Assembly (NCBI RefSeq): GCF_036321535.1
Contig: NC_087458.1
Span: 7,936,001-8,000,000 of the forward strand
Direction: 5' to 3'
Length of the DNA: 64,000 bases
Origin: Camelus dromedarius
Lineage: Eukaryota
Of the stretch, positions 44,936 through 56,599 are shown piece by piece (the first letter of the stretch is position 1; every line of letters begins with the position of its first letter). A model generated the notes under the pieces. The model searched no databases, had not been told where the DNA came from, and was given only the letters and a program-made list of their open reading frames with translations. A program made the translations under genes and the position numbers.

Positions 44936-45070
44936 AGTCAATGGCCTAGGCCCCGAAACGTCGGGGATTTGCACCCTACTATGGCCTCTGTGGAAGAGGA
45001 GAGGCTCGAGTTTGGTAGACAGGAGGTGTTCGAGGGGTTGTGGCACAAAGTGGCCACGTTCCAGGTGCCT
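44936..45070 (-). other. HDGF: Orthologue of a human HDGF alternative first coding exon, with AGG in place of the ATG
   Basis: 45 open codons RHLERGHFVPQPLEHLLSTKLEPLLFHRGHSRVQIPDVSGPRPLT end at a GTAAGC donor in phase 0; colinear with the recalled human isoform N-terminus MHPEGGQFVPQLLGHLLATKLKRFLLSKGGRRAQIPDVSRATPHT. Confidence 0.65.
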
Positions 45071-47559
45071 TAGATAGGTATCGGTTCTCTATGCTACTTC
45101 CTGGCAAGAGAGATCTGGCTTTACCACTAGGTAAGCGCACAAAGATGGGCTCTGTTCTAGTGGGAAGAGACAGTAGAGTACCAATAAATCCCAAACCATC
45201 GATAAAATGTGAAGTGACTACCTCTTGCGGGATGAACGTGGGGGAGAATCTGGGAAGGCTTCACAAAGGTGGTGACTTTGAGTTGGACCTTAAAGGATCA
45301 GTATGATTTTGCCGAATTCCAGACACTACATTTTAGCCTAGGTGTATGTTAAGAACTCATAGAACCAAAACTTGAACTCAGATCTCTTACCATTAAGCCA
45401 AACAAGACTTTACTATAATTACATCTTTGATTTGCTGTCACTGTATTGGTCTTGGATTTGCCGAAATTCCAGACATCTACAGTCTCTTAGAAATAAGATT
45501 TGGTTCTTACGTTATAGCATGTCCAGATCCTTAAAATTTTGCAACAAAATATTCTAGGTTTGAATGGATAAAATATGCATGTTTTTCTTCCCACAAGTTT
45601 CCTGATCCTACTTCAAAGCATATGCAAAGGCTCCCTGTGAAAGAAGGGCAGGCTGAAGCCAAAAGGCCCAAGTATACATTCCCACCCAGCTGTTCACCAG
45701 TCATTAGAACTTGGGCTACCCCCTGAACTTCTCCCTGAGCCTCAGTTTCCTCAGTTGTGAGATGGGATCCCATTACTCTCTGCCAACATCACAGTCATGC
45801 ATTGGCTGCTTATTATCGGAGGCCTGAAGTTGTTCCCTACAGTTCTTCATATCCTTATGGATTGTCCTTATACCCATGACAATGCATTTCAGGAGTTTTG
45901 CCTTTCTAACAGTGTGGCCTCTCAGTGTAATTCTGCCTTATGATAGGAGTTGCTCTGGCCCTGTTCACAGGCACTTCAGGCCCCAGGCTGCTGGCAGAGT
46001 GGGACACTCTGCAAGGTTCTGTTGCAATAAAAGAGCCATGCATGCCCTCAGCCACAGACTTGACGATTTGTTTCAATAGCAAATCCGAACTTGTTGCAAC
46101 AGGGCAGCTAGATTCCAGTGGTGTTTACTCTACCATGCATTCCAGTTTGAAATGCAGTCAGTTTAATGGTCCAGATTCTGTCAGGCTAAAATTTTTCTTT
46201 GTTGTTCTTATTGTTGTTAAGAGAGAGTCTTGTCACAAGTTCTTAGAGATGTTTCAATAAATCTAGTGACACAATTGGTTTCCTTTTAGTGTCCAGGCCA
46301 GTATTATAAATATGCTGTTTCAGCGCAGCAAGCATATTTTTAATTTGTTTTCCAATTTAGCGCACCCCAACTTAGTTAAAACCAAGAGTCCATCCATTGC
46401 CCCACTTTGTTGCATGGAGGTGGCAATAAGGCTTCTTAAATTCTTTTTGCCAAGTCTCTTGGGCCTGTCATTCAGTCCTTCATGCAGATGCTGGTTGCAA
46501 TAAAACAACCTGTGTTCCCTTTGTTGCAGTAATCTCCTAGGCCTTCATTGCAATTCAATATCCAAGTTCTCCTTACAATAACATCATCAACTAACTCACA
46601 GCTGCCCCTAACAACCAAGCCAGGAGCCGCAGAGGGTCAGTTACACGGGCAGCGGGCACAAGCCTGCTTCCCCTGGGATTCAGGTCTGCCTTAGTGCTTT
46701 GCATGCAGGCTTTAATGTGCAAATGAATCACTTGGGGATCCTCTTAAAAAGCAGATTCTAATTCAGTAGGTTTGGGGAGCCTGCATTTCTATCTCATCAC
46801 CCAAGGTGCTGTTTCTGCTGCTTTGAACCTTCATTTGAGTAGTAAGTTCTAAAACACACGGTCACAGGCCCCCAGACTGCCAGCCCAGCTTGGAACCAGT
46901 TCACAGATGTCTCAGTGAAATGATTCTTTTGATGCTGGTGCTTGACTCCACATTTGTGTGGGAGAGAGGTCAGGACAGAAGTTAGTGAGCTTGGGGCCCC
47001 AGAGCAGAGAAGACTTATGGGTGCAGATCTGGCTCTAGAGTTCCAAAGTGAGTCTGGAGGAGCAAGATCAGGGAAGATGGTGGCGGGCTTATTTCTGTCC
47101 ACGTCGGGAAGGGGTAGCTGATACAGCTGCAGGAGGATGGAGCTTAGAGTCGAGAGGAAGAAGCAGTGTGGTTTAGTGGAAACAATCTGTGTTTGCATGT
47201 CAAGGGACCTGGGTTTGAGTTTTGCTCTTGGCAAATGGCTTATCTAGAATTCCTAAATAAAATTTTCTTCCGTTGCAAAACTCCTAATGCAAATAGCTAC
47301 CTTATATGAGGTGGTTGTGAAGTGAAAAGAAGATCAACTGCGTGAAAACCTTACCTGCTCATTAGGTTCAAAGAAAATGTCCACTTCCTTCCCTTTACCT
47401 CCTAAGAGAGAGTTGAGGGAGGAGAGGAGGATGGGTAGTTTAGACCAGTGTTTTTCAAAACCACCTCCATTGCCCACTCCCACCCAAGTCACCCAAAGTA
47501 AAAGAGTATCTGTGCTTTTGTGCGTTTTACAAGGAGTCGGAGACAACAGGGTCTGAGTA

Positions 47560-48110
47560 CCCACTCTGGCACCGTGACCCACTGTTATCATTTTAGGAAA
47601 ACTACTTAACTGCCCCCAGTCTCAGTTTGCATGTCTGTAAAATGGGTAAGTTTCAGTTTCCATGTCTGTAAAAAAAGGATTGTGATGAGGATTGAATGAA
47701 TTCATGTATTTTAAAGTGCTTTGAACAGAGCCAGGAACATAGTAAGTGCTTGATAAAATCCATTATCACTGTATTTATATTAGCTTTTGAGTAATATTTA
47801 GTGCAAGGGAATAGGTTCCTTTGGATTGAGCTTCTTCATACTAGCCTTATGCCCTACTAAAGCTGGCACTATGACAGTGGGTATAGGTGTTCACATGGGC
47901 TTGGGAGCCCGATTACCTGGGTTTGAGTCCCACTCCACCACTTACCAACCATGTAACCTGCAGCAAGTTACTCAACCTTTCTGTGCCTCAGTATTCTCAT
48001 CTGTAAAGGGGGAGGTTGAGAAATCAATTAATATGTATGATATATGTAAATGCTTAGGGCAGTGCCTGGCACATCATATGCACTATTGGCTACTCTGTGT
48101 TAGCTATTAG
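47560..48110 (+). mobile_element. Two adjacent MIR fragments
   Basis: cagtctcagtttgcatgtctgtaaaatggg and ctgggtttgagtcccactccaccacttacc...ctgtgcctcagtattctcatctgtaaagggg. Confidence 0.7.
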
Positions 48111-48269
48111 CTGTTAGTATAATAATGTTAGCTATTTTTCCTAAAGATGCTTATGTTTTATAACAACTCTGCTGTATGCATAATATCCTGCATAATAAAA
48201 ATATTGTTTTTTAAAAAGAGGATTCTTTTTTTTTAAAGTGAAAATCATTGGATTTATTCTCTAAAGCTA

Positions 48270-48434
48270 TTCTAATATATGTGACTATTTAAACTTAAAT
48301 TGATTAAATATTCCCTTCCTCAGTCATATAAGCCACTCTTCAAGTGTTCAGTGGCTTCATGTGGTTATTGGCTACTGTATTGGACAGTGCATGGAACATT
48401 TCCATTATCACAGAAAGTTCTATTGGACAGCGCT
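48270..48434 (-). mobile_element. MER3 (hAT-Charlie) DNA transposon remnant
   Basis: gtggttattggctactgtattggacagtgc...catttccattatcacagaaagttctattggacagcgctg matches the reverse of the MER3 5' end, including the terminal repeat. Confidence 0.75.
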
Positions 48435-48444
48435 GTTTCAAGGC

Positions 48445-48560
48445 AATGGCTTTCCACTTGAGCCCTATATTAGAGTCACTTGAAGAGTGCAAGGAATACC
48501 AATGCCTGGGCCCGATTCCCCAGAGTTTAGATTTAATTGTTTGACAGTGGAAGCTATTAA
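48445..48560 (+). mobile_element. MER5A-like DNA transposon remnant
   Basis: tattagagtcacttgaagag...atgcctgggcccgattccccagagtttagatttaattg resembles the MER5A core; similar remnants at ~46700..46855 and ~55540..55700. Confidence 0.55.
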
Positions 48561-50169
48561 AGGGCTTAGGCAAGAGAGAAACATGAGCAGAAGTGAACTT
48601 CTAGAAGCTTCATCTGGAGGCAACACAGATGTGGAGGGGCTTGCTAGGTCAGGGGAGAGGGTACCGCGGTGGTCCCTACTGCGGGACGTGTGACCCGGCA
48701 TGTGGAAGGACTACGAAGGCTCCCAGGGAGCTATGTTCCTGGGTTCTCTTCTCTGCTTTTCCAAGAACTGTGGGTGGTAATGGTTCCTGAGCCCTCAGGG
48801 GTGAGCGCTTCAGCCTTCACAGAGCAGAAAGTAGTCAGAGCATGAAGTAGTCAGAGCACATTAGGATCCCCAGGAGCTGTAGACACCGTATAAACACTTC
48901 AGTTATTTTTTTGTATATGTAATGAATATGTGTATATGACACAAAATTTAGGAAGTCAAGAAGATAATTCAGTGAAAAGTCACCTCCATGTTACCTCTTC
49001 CTGTCTGCCTTGCCACCACAATTTCTTTCTCAGAGGCAAAAAATTACCAATTTTGTATGTATTCTTCTCGTAATATTCTCTCTAATTTTCAAGCAAATGC
49101 AGAGCTATCTATTTCCTTCCCGCAAATGGTGGCATCCCATATACATCGTTCTGCACTTTACTATCTTCCACTTAACAACAGATCTTGGAACTGCTTCCAT
49201 TTCAGTCCACGACGATCCGCCCCATTCGTTTTAACGGTGGCATAATAGTTCACAATATTTCTGTGTCATAAACAATTTAATCAGTCCCCGGGTGATGGGC
49301 ATTTACTTGTCTCCTTTCTTCTGATAATACCAACCGTGCTACAGTGAATAATACTGTACCACTGTACCGTTTCACCTCACGTGGGGGTGAGGATCCTCAC
49401 CAGTTTTCTCTCCAATTTGCAAGACGAAAAAGGTCATTCACAGCAACATTATTGGCAGGAATTTGCTGACAAGTAGTGTTGGAAGTAACCTTGCTACTTA
49501 CAGGCTGGGGCGTCTAAGGCTGGATGAGAGGCCCGCCATTTTGTACAGGCACAAACCCCAGGTTAGTCCCTAAGACTTAAAGGAATGAGATCTGGGGCCA
49601 GGTTCAGGCCGAGAGAATTGCCGTGGCTCTGATCATGTCTGGCCACATTCTTCAGCCCTCTCCCACTGAGGGTATTGCTCTGAGACCCCAGAGACAGAGG
49701 CCTGGGGAGGAGAGGGACCGGGACTTGCATATGGTGAGGAGGGGCCAAGGGCCCTTTTCTGGACTGATAAGATAGAGCCCTAGTAGGTTCTCTGTCCCTC
49801 CCTCTCAGGGGGGAGAGAGCTTCCACCCAAATTGGGCGGCAGTTTTGGCCCTTCTGGAGGAGGCTGATTGTGGCTTTTGTGGGCACAGATGTCAATGGGA
49901 GGCCATATTCTACCACCACATTGCCATGAGCTTGAGGTTTCATTCATTTGCCTCCACATCTATTCCTCAGGCTTTGGCAGGTGCCATGCCAGGCCTTGGG
50001 CCAGTGCTGGCGGAAAGGGGTGGGTCTGAAGATGAATAGGTGGCTGGCTGTGAGTAGTCTGGTCTCCAGCCCTCGGTCCTGTCAGTCATCCTGACACAGC
50101 CTGGTCCAGCTCTGACTTCAGTGTTCCAGTTTGGAAGTTTCTAGTTTTCTCACTCCAAATTCCACCCTT

Positions 50170-51220
50170 CTCTGCCCTCTTGTATTTTTTAAAATTTTTT
50201 TTCAAAGTTTGAATGCAAATCAATATAGGATTATTATTATTTTTAATAAAAGATTATTCAAGATTATCTGTGTAAAAGAACATGTACAAATCAATAAAGA
50301 AAAGGACAGACAAACCAATAGAAAAATGGGCAAACTACATGAACAAGGGTTTCATATAAGGAAAAGAAAATATGACCAATGTACTACTCTCATGAGGGGA
50401 CACTCAATCTCATTAGTGATCAGCAAAGGCTCAAATCAAGATCACAGTAAGAAATCATGTATACTCATTCAAGAGGCAAAAATTAAGAAGTCCAACAGTA
50501 CCAGACGTTGGAAAGTTGTGGTCAGAGACCCTTATATGTTGCTTTGGAAAGCAGTTTGGCCTCACGTTGTAACGTCTAAATTTCAGGTACCCTGTGACCC
50601 ACTATTTCCACTGCTAAGTGTATACACAGGAGAAGCCGCTGTGTGTGCACACTAGGAGCCATGGAGAAGAAAGAATATCATGAGTTTGTTCATAACAGTG
50701 AAAACCTAGAAACAACTCCAATGCCCATCAGCAGGAGAATGGATAGTTCACTTGTCACATATTAATGCAAAGGAATGCTATTAAAGCAAAGAAAAAAAAC
50801 AGACGTTCAATGTGGATGAAAATGTGGGTGAATATAAGGAATACAATATCAAGTGAAAAAAGTAATTCATTACAGTTTTATACCCTTTTGATAAAGTTAG
50901 AAACAGCCAAAATTGAACAACACATTTTCAGGAGACCCTATAGATGTGAGAAAACTATATATATATGTATAAACTATATATATAATATATAATATATAAA
51001 TTATTTATATAATATATATAAACTATATATATACACACACACACATATACACAGAGGGAGATAGAGAGGGAGAGAGAGGTTTCAGGACAATGGATACCTA
51101 GTACCTAGTGTTAGGGGGACTTGGGGGACCTGATGGGGAAGGGGAACACAGAAAAGCACAAATCAGTAGCAATGGTTGGGGTGGTAGGCACATGCGTATT
51201 GATTATACACATATATATTT
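50170..51220 (+). mobile_element. Old L1M (L1ME-like) ORF2-end/3' fragment with embedded (TA)n(CA)n(GA)n microsatellite at ~50955..51080
   Basis: ccaatagaaaaatgggcaaa...ctcaatctcattagtgatcag...caaatcaagatcacagtaaga...tagaaacaactccaatgcccatcagcaggagaatggat are decayed L1 motifs. Confidence 0.7.
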
Positions 51221-51224
51221 AATA

Positions 51225-51390
51225 GATAAATCAACGAGGGTCATGTGTGGACCAATGATGAAAGTAAATTAAGAACCAAGAATGTGAAAACGAATATACG
51301 TATGTATATGCATGACTGGGACATTGTGCTGTACACCAGAAATGGACACATTGTAACTGACTGTACTTCAATAAAAAAAGAAAGAAAGAA
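51225..51390 (+). mobile_element. 5'-truncated lineage-specific L1 3' end
   Basis: ...gtatatgcatgactgggacattgtgctgtacaccagaaatggacacattgtaactgactgtacttcaataaaaaaa, typical of a recent L1 3' UTR terminus with A tail. Confidence 0.75.
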
Positions 51391-52732
51391 ACACTGTTAC
51401 CAGGAACTTTCAAATAATAATGTCTGTAGTCATGGGAATATTGTGATCACTAAAAACAATTTTAAAAAATGAAAAAAAAATTAAACAACCAAAATCACTT
51501 GCCTTCTCCTCATGAAGTCCTAGGAGAGGCATCTGCTATAATTTCCATTATTCAGAGGGAAAAACTGAGCGCAGATTAAATCATTTCACATCACAAAGCA
51601 GGACATAGCTCCCTGCAGGATCTCAGGCTGTCCTCATACCCCAGGAGGCAGGAGCCTGGAGATGCCAAAAAAAAAAAAAAAAAAGGAATCAAGGGTTATG
51701 GTAACTCCACTCCTGTGCTGGTTGCTGTTGTTTTACTGTCACATACGCCCATGGTTTAAAGAAGCAGAGTTCTACAAAGTTTAAATGAAAAAAGTGGTTC
51801 TAGCTCCCACTGCTCTCTATTCCCTCTCCAGGGATAACAACATTCAAACTATTTTAACTAATTTTTGGTGGATTACTTCCATATCTCTAAGCAACATGCT
51901 TTTATTGTTACTTTTTTGATTTATCATTTTAGGTATTATCTATTGAGGGGAAGCTGTGGAAGAGATGCAGAAGAGATTTCACTCTTTCCTCTGTCCATCT
52001 CAGCCTCAAGGGCTCTTTTTGTTTCCAAATTCCCAATGTCCAAAAAGGGTTGCATCATCATTTCTGTTGTCTTAATATTCAATGTTCATATATCAGTCAT
52101 ATCTGAGCCACACTTTTCCTTTTATGCATAACATTTTGTTGCCCCTACGTTGTTAACTGTTTTAATTTTTTTATTTAGTTTTCTAGGTTCTTACTCACTA
52201 ATTTAGCCACAAATTCTCCACCATTTCAATCTCTTCTGAAAATATTTAGACACACCAGATATACTATCAACTTCAACTTCTTGCTGACATCACTCCTCAA
52301 GCCTTCTTTCCTGATCCAGACTGACTGGTGGCCTTCTACCTCCGGGGCACAGCTGTCCTCCTGGAATCTCCCTTGCCCAGTATCCTGGGGGTTCCCTTCC
52401 ACTTTTCCTGTGTTGGAGACTGTGTTTCCTAAGTCCTAGGTGTTTCCTAGGTGGTTAATCACCCCTTTTTGGATGGAACACATCCTCCAGCAGCTTTCTG
52501 AGTAAAGGTGCTTAGAACAGAAATTTTGGAGAACTTACACATCTGAAAATGTCTTTATTCTACCCTCCCACTTGATTCAGAGTTTGGCTTGGTATTTTCC
52601 CCTCTGGATTTTGAAGCCCTTGCTCCATTGTCATCTAGCTTCCAGTGTGGCTGTTAAAAAGTTTGAAGCCGTTCTGTCCTGACCCATTTTGAGAGATGTT
52701 TCTTTTCTTTGGGAGCTGAAACTTCATGATGG

Positions 52733-53395
52733 TGTTGATGCAGAAAAAACAGATGTGGGGCGTGAGGAGGGCTGTGTCCCAGGTCTCGATGGAGCCCCCT
52801 GGGCTGTGCCCCGCCAAGTGTGGGTCCTTGGCTTAGTGCAGGAAAGAATTCAAGAGGGAGCCACAGTTGAGTAAAGGTAGATTTATTTAGAGAGATACAT
52901 AGTGCACAGAGTGTAGGCTGTTTCAGAGGGCAAGAGAAAGGCCACAGGGTATGGGAGCTGCGTGCTCAGCTTAGTAAAATAGATACACACTCCATAGACA
53001 GAGTGTGGTCCGTCTTCAAAGATGAGGGGGCAAAATGGGCTGTGAGGGGCAGTGTTGCCAGTTTTTATGGGCTTGGTAGCTTCATATGCTAATAAGTGGG
53101 AGGACATTTCTAGCTACCCTCAGGAAGGGGCTGGGATTCCCAGGAATTTGGTCTTTGCCCACTCTTTGACCTTTTTTAGTCAGCCTTGGAACTGTCATGG
53201 TGCCTGTGGGCATGTTATTTATCATGCTAATACATTACAATGAGCAAATAATGGAGCTCAAGTTCTGCTAGAAGTCAAATCCCCTGCCATCTTGAGCCTC
53301 AAGGCCTACTGGGGGTTGAATCTTCCACCATTCTGGTGTCAACTGCTGTGTCATTCCTTGAATGGCTGTGCCCTGCCCCCATCCTTTCTGTCTCA
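52733..53395 (-). mobile_element. Solo ERV LTR (~663 bp) nested in an old L1
   Basis: TG...CA termini; flanks gatgg/gttgg (5-bp TSD, one mismatch); minus-strand TATA-like CATAAAAA ~53062..53069 and AATAAA 52882..52887. Confidence 0.8.
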
Positions 53396-53647
53396 GTTGG
53401 GTCCATTTTTATCTAGTATGCTGAGAAGTGGGTAGGTCCTTGCAATCTAAAACTCTCATCCTTCAGTTCTGGGAAATTTTCTGTAATTATTCCTTTGATG
53501 ATTTCCTCTCTGTTTTGTTTTGTTTTGTTTTTTTCTTTTTCCTGTTCACTTTTTTAATAGAACTCTTATTATTCAAATATTGGACTTTCTGGGCTGGTCC
53601 TCTGATTTTCTGAACTTTTCCCTTCCAACTCTTCTAGTGAGAATTTT

Positions 53648-53714
53648 TTTTTTTTGTTCTTTTTTTTTAAAGCATTTTTTTTATTGAGTTATAGTCATTT
53701 TACAATGTTGTGTC
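53648..53714 (-). mobile_element. Extremely truncated L1 3' end (~67 bp) with 11-bp TSD gtgagaatttt
   Basis: Reverse complement gacacaacattgtaaaatgactataactcaataaaaaaa plus A tail; identical flanking repeats at 53637..53647 and 53715..53725. Confidence 0.75.
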
Positions 53715-53903
53715 GTGAGAATTTTATTTATGCTCTTATATTCTTATTTCTCAAGAACTCTATTTTATTTTCTGTGTGTTTCTTTTTTATGGTATTCTGT
53801 TCTTGTTTCATGTATACAATATTTTCTCTTGTTTATCTGAGAAAATTGATAAGTTGTGGAAGTTTTCTTCTCTCTGCACTTCCTCTATTTTTATTTCTAT
53901 ATT

Positions 53904-53932
53904 GTGTGTGTGTATATATATATATATATATT
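53904..53932. repeat. (TG)n(TA)n compound microsatellite
   Basis: tgtgtgtgtgtatatatatatatatatat. Confidence 0.85.
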
Positions 53933-54004
53933 TATTTATTATTTCTTTCTCTTTGCTTTGTCCCCATCATCCATGTCAGAGTGCCTGCTCATGTGGGACT
54001 AAGT

Positions 54005-54160
54005 GGGGAGGGTATAGCTCAAATGGCAGAGTGCATGCTTAGCATGCATGAAGTCCTGGGTTTGATCCCCAGTACCTCCTCTAAATAAATAAATAAGTAA
54101 ACATAATTACATCCTCCCCAAATTAAAAAATACTGACTATACTTCAAAAAATAAAAAAAA
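54005..54160 (+). mobile_element. tRNA-derived SINE (camelid type) with an L1-like 3' terminus
   Basis: A box TAGCTCAAATGG 54015..54026, B box GGTTTGATCCC 54059..54069, (TAAA)n linker and A-rich tail. Confidence 0.88.
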
Positions 54161-56599
54161 GATTGAGGGACTAAAAAAGCCATCTTGTAACTCTGGGCAT
54201 GTGGTTGGGGCTTGTCAGTTGAGACCCTGATGGTAGAGAAGTTTGTAGGGGGAGTCCCTGATATCAGGCTCCAGAGGTCTTTCCTCTTGGGCTGAACAGA
54301 TTTTCCTGTGGAGATGTTTTCTGATACCTAGCCTGGAGGGTAAAGGTCAGTGGCTAGTCTTCTGGGAGAAATAGGTCTGAGGTCTCAGTATTCCATGTGC
54401 ATATCACTTTAATTCCCTTGATTTCTGTAAAATACCTCTGCCCTTGACTGTGCCTGGTTTTCCCTACAGCAGAAACCCTCTGTTTTATTACCTCTTGAAA
54501 AGAAAACAAAAAAACAAAACCAAAAAACAACCTTTCTAATATTTTTTTCTGGGGTTGGGGAGAGGCAGTCTGCCTCTAGCATGAAATGAGGGAGGGGATT
54601 TTTGGATCTGTTTCTTAACCAGCTTGTAACCAGTCCTCATTTTTGTTCCTTTGCCTCCTCATTCACTTCTGGATGAAACCACTCCTGAGCCATCTGAGGT
54701 TTTTGCAGATAGTTCAGATAGAGTCTCATCATTCCCCAAGGCCAGCTTGCTTTTCAGCTCTCTTCGATGCGTTTCGTTGGTGCATTTTGCTTTCCACCTT
54801 CCAAAATGTTAATGTGATCTCCTCTTCTGTCCCCATCTTTGTGTGTTTAAATCTTTTCAAAATGATCTTTAATGCCTTTTCAAAAAAAATACTGCAATTG
54901 AAGTTTTAGTAGAATTTCAGGAGGGAACCAAATTAGATGTCTATTTAATTCACTATCTTTTACTGGGAGACTTTATTACTGTTATTACTACTTTTGAATA
55001 GATAATACATACACAGGTTACAAATTTCTAAAGGCAGAAAAGAGTATACCCTGAGAAATAAATTCCCTTCCCATCCCTGTCCTGAAATTTCTATTACCAA
55101 TTTCTTGCATGAAAACAATCTTTTGAGGGGAGGGTATCTATCTATTAAGATAAATCATTAATCCTTATAGTAAGACAACCCTGCTTAAAAAAGAATTTGT
55201 CAAAAAAGGGCAGATCCTGGCCCTTTTGGGGTGTCTCTTCACTGCAGGGCAGCAAGATGTGTTGGTAAGGAACAAGGATAGTCATTTCCCTTTGAAAGTT
55301 TCCTATTCTCTTAGGGTTCTAAATCATTTTGCTGTGTGTTAATATCAGGTGTAGGGCAGGGCTCCTTCATACTCTATCCATTTTCCAAAAGAGGAAAGTG
55401 AGACTCAGAGAAGAGAAGTGACTGGACAAAGTCACCAGAGTTGGCTGGGGAACCTAGATTCAAAAAACAAGTCAGCACTGTGCAAAGCATACTGGCTTCG
55501 AGGTTGGACTGGAAGGTCTATTTTCTCAGTGTGGTCCTCAGTGCATCTGCTTTGCAATCAACTGAGAAGTTTCTTAAATATCCAGAGCCTCATCTATTGA
55601 AGAGAAATTTCTTAGGCTGGAATTTAGAAATTTGCATTTTTAAGAAGCTTAAGTTTTCCTGGTGATCTTAGGCACAATTCACGTTTAAGAATTGGTAGGC
55701 AGAAAAAAATGCTCTGGGCATCCAGAGCAGGCAGCAAACAGATTTAAGCAAATAGATGGAAAAGGCAGCATGTGAGTTTGTTGGTGAAAGCAGGGTGAGA
55801 TTTAGACACATGGAGGTGGGGAGGAGGGGGTCATAGAAGGCTCTTGTCTAATGGAGAATTCACGCTTGGGCCTTTCACTGTCCTTTTGTTGTTGCTGTCA
55901 TCATCACCCTCCTCGTCATCCTTTCCATCTTCTTCTTTAGCCTCCTCCCCAAACCTTATGGGCTGAGCTCAGAACCTTCTGCTCTCTGGGAGCAGGGAGA
56001 TGGAGCCCACACAAGAGATTGTTTAGCATGTAAAGGACACACAGAGACTGAGTTGACAAGTAGAGGGCACCCAGTTACAGGCACACAGAAGGGGCAAACA
56101 TGGATAAACAAGCAATGGACACAAAATTACAGGTGGACAAGGAAGGACGGTGCAGAATCTCAGGCAGACATATGTAAGCTGGAAAAGGACACACATAAAA
56201 ATGGATGGAAATAAAGGACACTCACAGAGACCGATTAACAAGGTCACATACAAAGGCACAACAAACACCAGGCACCAACAGAGACAAAAACAAAGGACAT
56301 ATGCAGTTAGATAGTTGGGAGGCACAGGCACATAGGGATGGACTCAGGTAATGCCTCAGATCCATGTAGGGGGTTGAGATGTAGCTGGCCTCCTTCCCCC
56401 ACTGGACTGAAGGGACTGGATTAACCTCAAGTACCAGGCTCTGCCTTCCAGGACCCTGCCCATCTTTCTCTCTCATTGGTTGCTGCAGAGAGAGATCAGG
56501 ACCCAGGCTGGAACGGCTAGGTGTGCTCCTGGATGTGCACCTTGGTCAAGGCGAGGGAGATCACTTACTCCCTCTTACGTCACATTTATTTCAGCTCTC

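Larger units (their letters stand above)
51700..55100 (-). mobile_element. Fragmented old L1M remnants interrupted by the solo LTR, short L1 and SINE
   Basis: T-rich antisense L1-like text (ctggaaatgtctttattctaccctccc...cattgtcatctagcttccagtgtggctgttaaaaagtttgaagcc..., resuming after the LTR); boundaries approximate. Confidence 0.55.

Noticed and set aside
50131-50655. 174-aa ORF
   Set aside because: Lies in a decayed L1 remnant; no intact ORF2 motifs.
54005-54080. Possible tRNA gene
   Set aside because: Has A and B boxes but no proper acceptor stem, continues into a (TAAA)n/A tail and has a second dispersed copy; it is a SINE.
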